A stretch of 64,000 nucleotides of DNA from Candidatus Hydrogenedentota bacterium (GTDB lineage: Bacteria; Hydrogenedentota; Hydrogenedentia; Hydrogenedentales; JAEUWI01), in assembly GCA_034669905.1 (NCBI GenBank), contig JAXMOL010000013.1, positions 64,001 through 128,000 of the forward strand. The letters run 5' to 3'. The notes under the pieces are model-generated. The model saw only the letters and a program-made list of their open reading frames with translations, ran no database searches and was not told the origin of the DNA. Below are positions 10,607 to 20,138 of this stretch, piece by piece. Both the position numbers and the translations under genes were made by a program. How positions within the stretch are numbered: position 1 is the stretch's first letter; every line of letters starts with the position of its first letter.

Positions 10607-10690
10607 TATGGCGCGTGTGCGTACGGCCTGGATTGACCTGAACGGAGGAAATGATTCCGATGGGACTCTATCCGTGAGTGGCTTCGTCTC

Positions 10691-10820
10691 TAATCCGCGT
10701 AGCGGATGGTAGAAGTGTGGTGCAGACTCCATCTACCATCCGCTTCGCGGATTCAATTGTATGGGGCCAGGATTCCTGGGGCTTACGCCCCAGGCTAATG
10801 ACTTTCGCTCCTCCGGAGCT
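10691..10820. repeat. Palindromic repeat family B
   Basis: AATCCGCGTAGCGGATGGTAGA...TCTACCATCCGCTTCGCGGATT followed by CCTGGGGCTTACGCCCCAGG; shares motifs with 57728-57893 and 59702-59955. Confidence 0.7.
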
Positions 10821-10909
10821 AAGACGAGGCGTCTATCTGCATGGAATAGAACTATCGACGCCCCTTATTCCTCGCACCTCTGCTACCAAATGCGATACAA
10901 TCGTGCGCT

Positions 10910-12262
10910 ATGAGCACGCCTACCGAACAGATTCTGAGCATTACCCAGTTGACCCGCCGTATCAAGTCCCTTTTGGAGGGCGAGTTGGGGGTGGTGTGGC
11001 TTTCGGGGGAGATTTCCAATTGGAAACGGGCGGCTTCGGGCCATGCCTATTTCACCCTGAAGGACGAAAATGCCCAGATTGACGCGGTCATGTTCAAGGG
11101 GAAGCTGTCGCGGCTGAAATTTGAGCCGGAGATGGGGTTGGAGGTGTTGGCCCAGGGCCAGATATCGGTCTATGAGCGGCGGGGCAATTATCAGATTATC
11201 ATCAACGACATGCAGCCCAAGGGTGTGGGCGCGCTGCAGCTGGCTTTTGAAAAGCTGAAGAAGAAGCTCGCGGCGGAGGGGCTCTTTGACGAGCTCCACA
11301 AGCAGCCCCTGCCCATGCTGCCCAAGCGCATTGGCGTGGTGACGTCGCCCACCGGGGCGGCCATCCGCGACATTTTGAACGTCCTTACCCGCCGATTCGG
11401 CAGTATCCACGTCATCATTCACCCCGCCCGCGTGCAGGGTGATGGAGCCGCCGCCGAGATTGTGGCCGGTATCCGCGCCCTGGATGACTGGGGCGTGGAC
11501 GTCATGATTGTGGGCCGGGGTGGTGGTTCGCTGGAGGACCTCTGGCCCTTCAACGAGGAAATCGTGGTCCGGGCGATCTATGAGGCGCGGACGCCCATTA
11601 TTTCGGCCGTGGGACACGAAGTGGACTTTTCGCTGAGTGACTTCGTCGCCGATTTACGGGCACCCACGCCGTCCGCCGCTGCCGAGCTGGTGGTGAAAGA
11701 GCAGGCGGCCCTGGGTGAACAGGTTGAACGCCTCCGCACCCGCCTGGGCCAGGGGCTGGAGCGCCATCTCACCACGGTGCGGCACCGCCTCCGACTGGCC
11801 CAGGGGAGCTTTGTCTTTCAGCGTCCCGAGGAACTGGTGCGCCAGCGTCGCCAGACGAGTGACGAATACCGCATGCGCCTCGAAGACGGCATGGGGGATC
11901 AGCTACATGAGGCCCGCACCCGGCTGGACCGGGCGGTGCGCGCCATGGCCTTACTTTCGCCTACCAACCAACTGGACCGCACGAAGGAGCGCTTTGCACG
12001 CCTGCAGCAGCGCCTCCACGCGGCGGGCCAGGATGTGGCCGAGGATCAGCGCAATCGCTTGCGTCCCCTCGTTGCCCAGCTCGACGCCTTCAGTCCCCTG
12101 GCGATTTTATCGCGGGGCTATGCCGTGGGTTGGAAAGAACCCGAGCACACCCTGATTCGCACGAGCGGGGACGTGCAGGTAAACGATAAAGTCTATGTAC
12201 GATTCGGAACGGGCGCGATTCGCGCTACCGTCGACCATATTGAGGAAAAAGTAGATGGCTAA
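10910..12262 (+). CDS. xseA: Exodeoxyribonuclease VII large subunit
   Basis: OB fold [67 protein letters not shown]. Confidence 0.98.
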   Translation: MSTPTEQILSITQLTRRIKSLLEGELGVVWLSGEISNWKRAASGHAYFTLKDENAQIDAVMFKGKLSRLKFEPEMGLEVLAQGQISVYERRGNYQIIINDMQPKGVGALQLAFEKLKKKLAAEGLFDELHKQPLPMLPKRIGVVTSPTGAAIRDILNVLTRRFGSIHVIIHPARVQGDGAAAEIVAGIRALDDWGVDVMIVGRGGGSLEDLWPFNEEIVVRAIYEARTPIISAVGHEVDFSLSDFVADLRAPTPSAAAELVVKEQAALGEQVERLRTRLGQGLERHLTTVRHRLRLAQGSFVFQRPEELVRQRRQTSDEYRMRLEDGMGDQLHEARTRLDRAVRAMALLSPTNQLDRTKERFARLQQRLHAAGQDVAEDQRNRLRPLVAQLDAFSPLAILSRGYAVGWKEPEHTLIRTSGDVQVNDKVYVRFGTGAIRATVDHIEEKVDG

Positions 12263-12650
12263 AGCCAAAGAAGAAACGAGTTTTGAGAAGAATCTGGAAT
12301 CCTTGGAGTCCATCGTTTCGGCGTTGGAAGAAGGGGGCCTTTCCCTCGATGATGCCCTGAAGCAGTTCGAGTCGGGTATCAAGCTGGCCCGCCGCTGTGA
12401 AAAGGCCTTGAGCGAAGCCGAGAAAAAGATCGAGATCCTCACGCAGAACGCGGAAGGGGAGTTGGAAGCCGAGCCCTTCGACGAGTCTGACCCGCCTGCG
12501 GCTCCGGCGGCCAAACCCGCTCCGGCGTCCAAGGCACCGGCCAAGGCGGCAGCCAAGAGCGCGGCCCCCGCGCCGACCAAGGCGGCTCCCGCGGCCTCGG
12601 AAGAGCCCGAGCCCATGCCGGAGCCGGACGACGAGGATTTGTTGTTCTAA
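12255..12650 (+). CDS. xseB: Exodeoxyribonuclease VII small subunit with long C-terminal extension
   Basis: [48 protein letters not shown]; overlaps the xseA stop. Confidence 0.96.
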   Translation: MAKAKEETSFEKNLESLESIVSALEEGGLSLDDALKQFESGIKLARRCEKALSEAEKKIEILTQNAEGELEAEPFDESDPPAAPAAKPAPASKAPAKAAAKSAAPAPTKAAPAASEEPEPMPEPDDEDLLF

Positions 12651-13513
12651 TGACCTGTGCCGAATTCTTAAAGGCCAAGGCGGCGACCACCGAGACGGCC
12701 CTCCAGGGTTATCTTGCCAGCTGGACGAATGTGCCGGAGTCCTTACAGGAAGCCATTGCCTACAGCCTGTTTGCAGGCGGTAAACGGCTCCGCCCCGCGT
12801 TGGCCCTCGGTGCGGCAGAATTGGTGTGTGGCGATGAGAAAGCGGCCCTGCCCGTGGCCTGTGCCCTGGAAATGATCCACACCTATTCCCTGATTCACGA
12901 TGATTTACCCGCCATGGACAACGACGACCTGCGGCGGGGCAAGCCCACTTGCCACAAGGCCTTCGACGAGTCGACGGCCATCCTCGCGGGTGACGGCCTG
13001 CTGACCATGGCCTTCGATATGGCGGCGGAGACCGGTTCTACGGCCATCGTCAAGGAAATCGCCCGTGCGGCCGGTGTGGCCGGCATGGTGGGCGGGCAGC
13101 AATATGACCTGGAGGGCGAGGGCAAACAACTCGACATGGCCCAGCTCCAGCGCATCCACCGCGCGAAGACCGGCGCCCTCATTCGGGTGGCCCTCCGCGC
13201 CGGAGCCATGGCGGCCGACGCCACGGAAGCCCAGGTGGAGGCCCTGACGGTCTACGGCGAACATCTTGGGTTGGCCTTTCAAATCACCGACGATATCCTC
13301 GACGTGGTCGGCACGGAAGCCGCCTTGGGTAAGCCCATCGGGAGCGACGCCTCCCGCGATAAATCGACCTACCCCGCGCTGGTGGGGCTCGATGAGTCCA
13401 AACGCCTCGCCGAGGAGGCCGTGGCCTCGGCCATTGAAGCCCTGGCATCCTTTGGCACGGCGGCCGACCCATTCCGCGATTTGGCCAACTACCTGATAAC
13501 CCGAGAGACCTGA
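12650..13513 (+). CDS. ispA: Farnesyl/geranyl diphosphate synthase
   Basis: GGKRLRP, HTYSLIHDDLPAMDNDDLRRGKP, AGDGLL, KTGAL, FQITDDILD, KSTYP; canonical position after xseB. Confidence 0.93.
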   Translation: MTCAEFLKAKAATTETALQGYLASWTNVPESLQEAIAYSLFAGGKRLRPALALGAAELVCGDEKAALPVACALEMIHTYSLIHDDLPAMDNDDLRRGKPTCHKAFDESTAILAGDGLLTMAFDMAAETGSTAIVKEIARAAGVAGMVGGQQYDLEGEGKQLDMAQLQRIHRAKTGALIRVALRAGAMAADATEAQVEALTVYGEHLGLAFQITDDILDVVGTEAALGKPIGSDASRDKSTYPALVGLDESKRLAEEAVASAIEALASFGTAADPFRDLANYLITRET

Positions 13514-13552
13514 GCGCCGGAGTGACGGGGCAATGATAAAGGACCTGCTGTT

Positions 13553-16456
13553 ATGTGGTTAGTTTCCTCTCTCCTGGCCCTGAGTGCCCTGGCCCTGACG
13601 CCCACACCGAAGGATCTGTCCGTTAACGAGGACGACACCTTCTACCTGCGGGGCGACACCATGGTGGTCCTTCCCGATGTGTTCGTGAATCAGCGGGACA
13701 CCTTGCTCGCCCCCCTCGCGCCCGCACTGGGAGGGAATCCCCAGGTCGCGCCCGCATCCCGGTTGGACAAGGTGCCCAAGGCCGTCTACCTGGCGACGGT
13801 GGCCCATCGGGGTGCCCTGGAAAAACGGAAGCTTCGCCGCTACTACACCGATAGTGACACCCTGCCCCCCGCGGGTTACCGGATTACGGTGGACAAACTG
13901 GGCGTTGTCCTCGTGGCGGCCGACGAAGCCGGGCTGGCCTATGGGGTCCACGCCCTCGCGGGGCTGGTGGCGGAGTATGGGGCCAATTTACCCTACCTCG
14001 ACCTGCGGGACTGGCCGACCCTGGCCGTGCGGGGTGTCTACCTGCGCCATGTGCCCACCCCCCTGGAAGTGGAGCAGCTGGCTGCTCTTCGAACGACCCA
14101 CGTCTTTGTGGAAAGCGACGACTTCTACGACCTGACGGGGGTTCGCGCCGAGACCTGGCAGCGGGCTTTTGACGCCCTGCGGGACGCGCGAATGGAACCC
14201 ATCCCGGTATTTTCCACCCTGGATGGCATGGAGGAAATCCTCCGCGAATACCCCATGCTCATCGAAGGCCGCGCCATTTCGGAAGCCATCGCGCTGAATG
14301 GTGTGGATGCCCGGCAACTGGGCTATCCCAACATCATCGCCGCCTCGTCCGATGACATTGAGGTGACTATCAGCGGGGTGCCCTGCACGATGGGCGAAGA
14401 TTATTGGCTCGAAGGCCCGGCCATTCAGGCGCCCTTTCATCCCGATGGGCCCCGGTGGCGCATCTGGCGCGAGCTGGAGGGCAAGATCCCCAACGGTGGC
14501 ACGGTGACAGTCCGCTACAGCATCGCAACCGCTGACTCTTCTTCCCTGGCCTTCGCCGATCCCCAGGCGCTGCGCTGGCTGGAAGAACGGCTCGCGCAGG
14601 TGATTACGGTCTTGGAGCCCCGCTATCTTCATCTGGACCATGGGCACATCGGGCGCTTCAATACGGACATCCGTTCGTTAACCGCCGGCCTCAGCAATCC
14701 GGAGCGCTTCGTGCAGACGGTATCCGTCCTCGAGACCGCGGTACGTGCCGTAGACGATGGTGTGTCCCTCATGATGTGGGCGGACCTGCTTAATCCTGCC
14801 CAGGCCGCCAGCACCTATGGGCTCGAGGGTGTCGCAGACCGGGTTCCGGCTGGGATTCAGGTTCTGGGCCGGGTTCAATTAGAGACGACGGCCGAGGCCA
14901 AGGCCCGATTGAATCAACTGACGGGGGTGATCGCAATGCCTGCGGTAATCGCGGCCGCAGGCACGCCGGAGAGCATTCACGCGCTGGTGCAGGCCCTGGA
15001 AGATGGGGAAGGGCGTGATGGCGGGCTCGTAGCCTATGGGGAGTCCATGGATTCGGCGACCCAATTGCTCGCCATGGCGTGGTCGGGCACGGACCGGAAG
15101 AACAGTTGGCTTCGGTGGCTCAACGACTATTTTGGGGTTGACCTGGCCGAACCCGATGGCGCGGCGGTCCAATCGGCCCTGGTGACCTATTTGAATCGCC
15201 AGACCCTGGCGGGGCATTCACCCGAAGAAGTGTATGCGGGCTACGCCGAATTCCTGGGGCGCAACCGGGCCTTTCTCGAAGCCGACGAAACGACCGCCTT
15301 TCTGGTCCGTGACCGCCTGCGTATCTTGACCGACTATCTCGACCTGGAATATGACTTCTCCCGCGAGGGGGGAGACGGCACCTTGCGCAAGCTACAGCGG
15401 CTGGTGGAGCAGGTGCAGTTGATGGATGGTGCCGCGGCTGAGGACCGCTACCAGCGCATTCTGGATACCATCGCCAATCAGGGGCTCTTTGTGCCCGCGT
15501 CGATTTTGTTCCAGGAAGACTTGCGCTACTATCGCCCGGGAGGCTCGGAGCTGCCCCTTATCGAAGTGCCTGTTTTGCCCGGCTACGAAGATGCCCACGG
15601 AAAGGTCGTGTGCCTGTTGACGTTGCTTGACGGACAGGCCCCGGTGCGCCGTATCGACTTCGAAGGCCTCGGTATCAATCAGCTGACCCTCGATGCCCAT
15701 GGGGTCGGGGGCGCCTTCGACACGGTCGCGCGTTGGGAGGGGAATGGAAAGCAGGCGGAAGTGCGCGGTCCGGTTTGGATAGAGCCGCCCGTGCATGCCG
15801 CAGAACTGCGACTGACGGCCACCGGTGAGCGCGCTCCCCTGGTCCTGCGCGACGTGCGCGTCTTTGGAGAAAAGGCCCCACCCGCCATGGACATTCATTA
15901 CGCGGTCCAGGCACCGCCCATGGTGCCCCGTTTCGAAGGCCGTTCGTGGGCCAAGGTGCCCCAGGGTCACAGCTTCTTATTGCGCGACGCAACGCCCTAT
16001 TTTGCCGAGGCGCCGACCAGCGTTTGGGTGACGCATACGCGGGAAGCGCTGTATTTCGGTATCCAGGCCCGTGAAACCCGGCCGGATACCATTGTGGCCG
16101 ACCTGACCACGCGGGATGCCCCCCTCTGGAAGCAGGAAAGCGTGGAACTCTGGTTTAAACGTCCCGAGCAAGCGCCGATTCGATTGGTGGTCAGCCCCCT
16201 GGGCACCCAATACGACAGTGAAGCCTACGACGGGGGATGGAATGGGGATTGGGACGCGGTGGCCGAACGCAACGATCAGGGCTGGTCCGCCGTCGTGCGG
16301 GTACCCATGGAACTGCTTGGTTCATTTCGGCGGGGTGATAGCCTGGAAATGAACATCGTTCGGCATCGAATGGGTGTCCGTAGCGAGACGAGTGCGTGGG
16401 CCCATGAATATGGCGCCCAGCCCGATCTGCAGTGGGGGATGCTGCGCTTTCCGTAA
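13553..16456 (+). CDS. Secreted multidomain protein: GH20 domain-2-like N-terminus, degenerate TIM barrel, C-terminal CBM9-like domain
   Basis: Signal peptide; GYRITV...AADEAGLAYGVHAL...DWPTLAVRG; LMMWADLL; C-terminal RDAPLWKQESVELWF...WSAVVRVP...NIVR. Confidence 0.65.
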   Translation: MWLVSSLLALSALALTPTPKDLSVNEDDTFYLRGDTMVVLPDVFVNQRDTLLAPLAPALGGNPQVAPASRLDKVPKAVYLATVAHRGALEKRKLRRYYTDSDTLPPAGYRITVDKLGVVLVAADEAGLAYGVHALAGLVAEYGANLPYLDLRDWPTLAVRGVYLRHVPTPLEVEQLAALRTTHVFVESDDFYDLTGVRAETWQRAFDALRDARMEPIPVFSTLDGMEEILREYPMLIEGRAISEAIALNGVDARQLGYPNIIAASSDDIEVTISGVPCTMGEDYWLEGPAIQAPFHPDGPRWRIWRELEGKIPNGGTVTVRYSIATADSSSLAFADPQALRWLEERLAQVITVLEPRYLHLDHGHIGRFNTDIRSLTAGLSNPERFVQTVSVLETAVRAVDDGVSLMMWADLLNPAQAASTYGLEGVADRVPAGIQVLGRVQLETTAEAKARLNQLTGVIAMPAVIAAAGTPESIHALVQALEDGEGRDGGLVAYGESMDSATQLLAMAWSGTDRKNSWLRWLNDYFGVDLAEPDGAAVQSALVTYLNRQTLAGHSPEEVYAGYAEFLGRNRAFLEADETTAFLVRDRLRILTDYLDLEYDFSREGGDGTLRKLQRLVEQVQLMDGAAAEDRYQRILDTIANQGLFVPASILFQEDLRYYRPGGSELPLIEVPVLPGYEDAHGKVVCLLTLLDGQAPVRRIDFEGLGINQLTLDAHGVGGAFDTVARWEGNGKQAEVRGPVWIEPPVHAAELRLTATGERAPLVLRDVRVFGEKAPPAMDIHYAVQAPPMVPRFEGRSWAKVPQGHSFLLRDATPYFAEAPTSVWVTHTREALYFGIQARETRPDTIVADLTTRDAPLWKQESVELWFKRPEQAPIRLVVSPLGTQYDSEAYDGGWNGDWDAVAERNDQGWSAVVRVPMELLGSFRRGDSLEMNIVRHRMGVRSETSAWAHEYGAQPDLQWGMLRFP

Positions 16457-16478
16457 GCGGGTCTGCCGGTGCGCTTAC

Positions 16479-16624
16479 GTGGGATAAGCGTCCCGCTTGT
16501 CATGGCATGTCTTCGAGACCACGGGATAGCGGGATGTTCTTGGAAGACGGAGGTCTCACTCGCCTACGGCCCATGCCCGTGATGGTATCCGTGGGCCCTA
16601 CGTCAGGCGAGACGCCTAACCCAC
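16479..16624. repeat. REPIN-like pair, family C
   Basis: GTGG-GATAAGC-GTCCC-GCTTGTC and the inverted GTCAGGC-GAGAC-GCCTAAC-CCAC. Confidence 0.7.
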
Positions 16625-16713
16625 TATGGCCGGCCCCGACGTCTGATTGGGCTCCGCCAACCTACGTAGTGCGGTTCGCCCCGCTGTTGTCGTTTCAGAC
16701 CTCAGGCGCTTGG

Positions 16714-16745
16714 CGTCGGTGCAGTCCCCGGGGACTGCACCGACG
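16714..16745. terminator. Perfect 32-bp palindrome between convergent genes (terminator or repeat)
   Basis: CGTCGGTGCAGTCCCC|GGGGACTGCACCGACG; no U-tract. Confidence 0.5.
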
Positions 16746-16756
16746 TGGTCGTTGAA

Positions 16757-18184
16757 CTATTGCTTCAATGCCGCCAGGAGCTCCAGCACGGTCGTCTGAA
16801 TTACATCGGCGGCGTTGACTTCGAGGTAGCTGGACTTGGCGCGCCAGGTCTCATAGCCGCCGTAGCCGTGTTGTTCTTCTGTGGGAAGATAGCCGTTGTA
16901 GCCATTGGCCAACTCAATGGTGAAGCTGCGCTTGAAGGGCGACTCGGCCTTGATGGCGAGGCCAATCTCCACGAAGACTTCACAGGGAATGGCGGCGATA
17001 CCCAGATCGCCCACCTGGAAGGCCTGGAGAATCAGCGACTTGGTGTCGGGAAAGTCGGCCAGGGCCACCGTTTCGTTGGCGTAGATTTCACGCAGCCCCA
17101 GTAATTCCCGCCCTTCGGCCGCCGCGAGGATTTCCTTCGCTTCCACCACTTCTTCGGCTGTGGGCTTGCGGACGCCGAGGTCGATTTCACGCTGGGCCGA
17201 TTTAAGGGGCACCCAATCCTGAAAGTCCACATCGAGGTAGGCGCGGTGTACTTCCGCAGCGACTTTATTGGCCACAATGTTCATCTGCTCATAGGGTTTG
17301 CGCGGCCCACGGGGTGTGACAAAATTGATGTTGTTGATGTCACCGCTCGTGCCGTTGGACATCATGGCGAGGAAGCTATCGTCGCTGCCCAGCAGGCGTC
17401 CGATTTCATCGGCAAAGAGACCAAAATAATCGGCCGAGATGTCGGTGCCGACCGTGCCGCCCACATAGTGGAGGGAGTAGTTGGCGAGGAGACCCAGAGG
17501 CTTTCCGTCGACGGTTTCCAACGCGACGAAGGCGACTTCAGGGTCGATGGGCCCCGCAGGCTTCACCATGTCGGGGCTGGCGCCGGGAGGGTTCATACGC
17601 ACGGTTTCGCCTTCTTTACCGAAGGGGTTGGGGCCAATCGTGCCTTCTTTCATGAACCAGCGGCGGTTAAAGACTTCGTCGGGCACGGAGCCCGACCCCC
17701 AACCGATACGGGCGGGTACGCGGTTGAGCCAGGCCTGTCGGATGCCGTCGGCGATGCGCCGGGTGAGAAAGGCGTCATATTCCGGATCGGTCTCGGATTG
17801 AAAGCCCGGGTAGGTGCACGGCGCAGAGTGGGTGTGGGTCGCGGAGATAAGCATGTTCTCCGTGGCGATTTTGGTGTACTTCTTCGCCCGCTGCTTGGCC
17901 TCATCCATGATTTCGCGGGGGACGAGGCAGCTATCGACTACGGCGAAGGCCAGGGTCGTGTCGCCATCATCCAGCACGAGGCAACGGACGTGGATTTCGT
18001 CGTGGATACCGGCAACCTTGCGGTCGTTCATATAGCCCACGATGGAGAGGCCCAGCCAGGGGCTGATATTTGTTTTGGCGACGCCCGCCTTGAAGACTTT
18101 TTCCGGCTCTTGGGCGGATGTGGATAAGACGGGCGCGAGGAGGCCGAGTAGCACGAGCATGCCGATACGGAGAAGTTTGTTCAT
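16757..18184 (-). CDS. Secreted neutral/alkaline ceramidase-fold amidohydrolase, paralogue 1
   Basis: Signal peptide; ATHTHSAP, NRR, GPIDP, NYSLHY, SADYFG, GTSGD, PCEVF, GYNGYLP, GGYE. Confidence 0.82.
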   Translation of the reverse strand: MNKLLRIGMLVLLGLLAPVLSTSAQEPEKVFKAGVAKTNISPWLGLSIVGYMNDRKVAGIHDEIHVRCLVLDDGDTTLAFAVVDSCLVPREIMDEAKQRAKKYTKIATENMLISATHTHSAPCTYPGFQSETDPEYDAFLTRRIADGIRQAWLNRVPARIGWGSGSVPDEVFNRRWFMKEGTIGPNPFGKEGETVRMNPPGASPDMVKPAGPIDPEVAFVALETVDGKPLGLLANYSLHYVGGTVGTDISADYFGLFADEIGRLLGSDDSFLAMMSNGTSGDINNINFVTPRGPRKPYEQMNIVANKVAAEVHRAYLDVDFQDWVPLKSAQREIDLGVRKPTAEEVVEAKEILAAAEGRELLGLREIYANETVALADFPDTKSLILQAFQVGDLGIAAIPCEVFVEIGLAIKAESPFKRSFTIELANGYNGYLPTEEQHGYGGYETWRAKSSYLEVNAADVIQTTVLELLAALKQ

Positions 18185-18354
18185 GAAATAGAATCCTTAC
18201 AGGTTAAAGCATAGTTAATCCATCGGTGCTGCCGTTCTGGCGAGTTCTTCCGATGTTGGCCCAGCCAACGTGATTTTTGCCGTATAGCAAAATACGAAGG
18301 TCGAAGCGCTCTTGCCCCGCTGGGACTCGTTTCGGTTTGTGAAGGTGCGCCAAA

Positions 18355-18533
18355 GTGGGTTAGCCTTCCAGGCTGACGTAAGGTGTCTACGACGTACCAG
18401 AAAGCGTTAGGTCGTAGAACGCCCGCTATCCAATTCCAGCGGTTACTCGTGGCGTCCCGCCCCGCAGGACGGTTTGAGCGAGTGACGTGACTGGTCACAG
18501 ACGCGCCGGAGGTGGGCTGGAAGCCTATCCCAT
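18355..18533. repeat. REPIN-like element, family C
   Basis: Ends near-identical to 10427-10606 (GTGGGTTAGCCTTCCAGGCTGAC ... CAGACGCGCCGGAGGTGGGCTGGAAGCCTATCCCA); middle diverged but alignable. Confidence 0.75.
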
Positions 18534-18710
18534 TTTAGCCAACCTGCGTATCGTCGCGTTTCACCTGTATGGACGGACCGTATTCGTGTAAATTTGTGTC
18601 CATTCGTGGTTTCAAATCTTTGGTTGCGGCTATGCAGCGATGGGCTACGATACGTCGCCCACTTCGTGCACTTTGCCGCGGACAAGAGAGTCCGCGATCC
18701 TGCCCTATGT

Positions 18711-20135
18711 TTATTGTTTCAATTCGTTCAGCAACCCCAAGATCGTTTCCTGGATCACATTGGCGGCGGTAACCTCCAGGCGGCTGGATTTGGCCCGCCA
18801 GGTTTCATAGCCGCCCAGGGCGTGCTGGGCTTCGGTGGGAAGATAGCCGTTGTAGCCATTCGCCAACTCGATGGTGAAGCTCTTCTCGAAGGGGGTTTCG
18901 GCTTTGATGGCGAGTCCAATCTCCACGAAAGTTTCACAGGGAATGGCAGCAATGCCCAGATCACCAATCTGGAAGGCCTGAAGGATCAGGTCTTCCGTGT
19001 CGGGGAATTCGGCAAGATCCACCGTACAGTTGGCATAGTATTCCTGGAAGGTGTTGAGCTTACGATTTTCGCTTTGGGCTTTCGCGAGAATGGCCTTCGC
19101 TTCTTCTACTTCTTCGGAGGTGGGTTTCCGGATGCCGAGGGTGACTTCTTTCTGAACGGCATTCAACGGTACCCAGTCCTGGAACGCGATGTAGCTATAG
19201 GCGCGCAGCACCTCGGCGGCCACTTTGTTGCCGACGATATTCATCTGCTCGCCCGTGGCCCGCTTTTCACCTCGTACCGCGAAGTTGACGTTGTTAATGT
19301 CGCCGCTCGTACCGTTGGACATGGACGCCACGAATTGGTCGTCCGCTCCCAGGAGTTCGGCGATGCGCTTGGCAAAGACGCCGAAGTAGTCGCCAGAAAC
19401 CCCGGGGATGCCCCCCACGTAGTGGAGGGAGTAATTGGCGAGGAGGGCGAGGGGCTTGCCGTCGAGGGTCTCGAAGGCGAGGATGGCAACTTCGGGGTCT
19501 ATGGGGCCAGCGGGCTTAATGAGATTCTCACTGGCCCGGGGTGGATTCATCTGAACCTTGTCGTCACGGGTGCCGAAGGGATTCTCCCGCACCGTGCCTT
19601 CCTTCATATGCCAGCGACGGTTGAATACCTCATCGGGCACGGAACCGCTGCCCCAGCCAATTCTGGCGGGGACGCGATTCTGCCACGCCCGCGTGATGCC
19701 ATCGGCGATGCGACGGCTCACGAAGGTGGTGTATTCCGGGTCGGGGTCCGACTGGAAGACGTGGGCACAGGTGCCTGCGGTGTGGCTGTGGGTGGCCGCA
19801 ACGAGCATGTTGGTCGTGGGGATACCCGTGGCCGCGCTGGCCCGTTCCTTGGCTCCATCCACAATGGGCCGCTCGATCATGCAGCAGTCCACGAGTGAGA
19901 TGGTCAGGAGATTGTCCCCATCATCCATCACGATGGAACGGACAAAGAGTTCGTCCGTGATCACCGTGGCGGTGCGGTCCGTCATACTGCCGGCGAGCGA
20001 CGTGCCAAACCAGGGCGTGATATTGCTGGTGGAGGCACCGGCCTTGAAGACCTTCGCGCCTTCTTCCTGGGCGACGGCCCAGGGCGTAAGCGCGAGGGTC
20101 AGTGCCATCAGTGACCATGTAGCGATGGGTTTCAT
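18711..20135 (-). CDS. Secreted neutral ceramidase-fold amidohydrolase, paralogue 2
   Basis: Signal peptide; ATHSHTAG, NRR, NYSLHY, PCETF, GYNGYLP; colinear with paralogue 1. Confidence 0.82.
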   Translation of the reverse strand: MKPIATWSLMALTLALTPWAVAQEEGAKVFKAGASTSNITPWFGTSLAGSMTDRTATVITDELFVRSIVMDDGDNLLTISLVDCCMIERPIVDGAKERASAATGIPTTNMLVAATHSHTAGTCAHVFQSDPDPEYTTFVSRRIADGITRAWQNRVPARIGWGSGSVPDEVFNRRWHMKEGTVRENPFGTRDDKVQMNPPRASENLIKPAGPIDPEVAILAFETLDGKPLALLANYSLHYVGGIPGVSGDYFGVFAKRIAELLGADDQFVASMSNGTSGDINNVNFAVRGEKRATGEQMNIVGNKVAAEVLRAYSYIAFQDWVPLNAVQKEVTLGIRKPTSEEVEEAKAILAKAQSENRKLNTFQEYYANCTVDLAEFPDTEDLILQAFQIGDLGIAAIPCETFVEIGLAIKAETPFEKSFTIELANGYNGYLPTEAQHALGGYETWRAKSSRLEVTAANVIQETILGLLNELKQ

Positions 20136-20138
20136 CGT

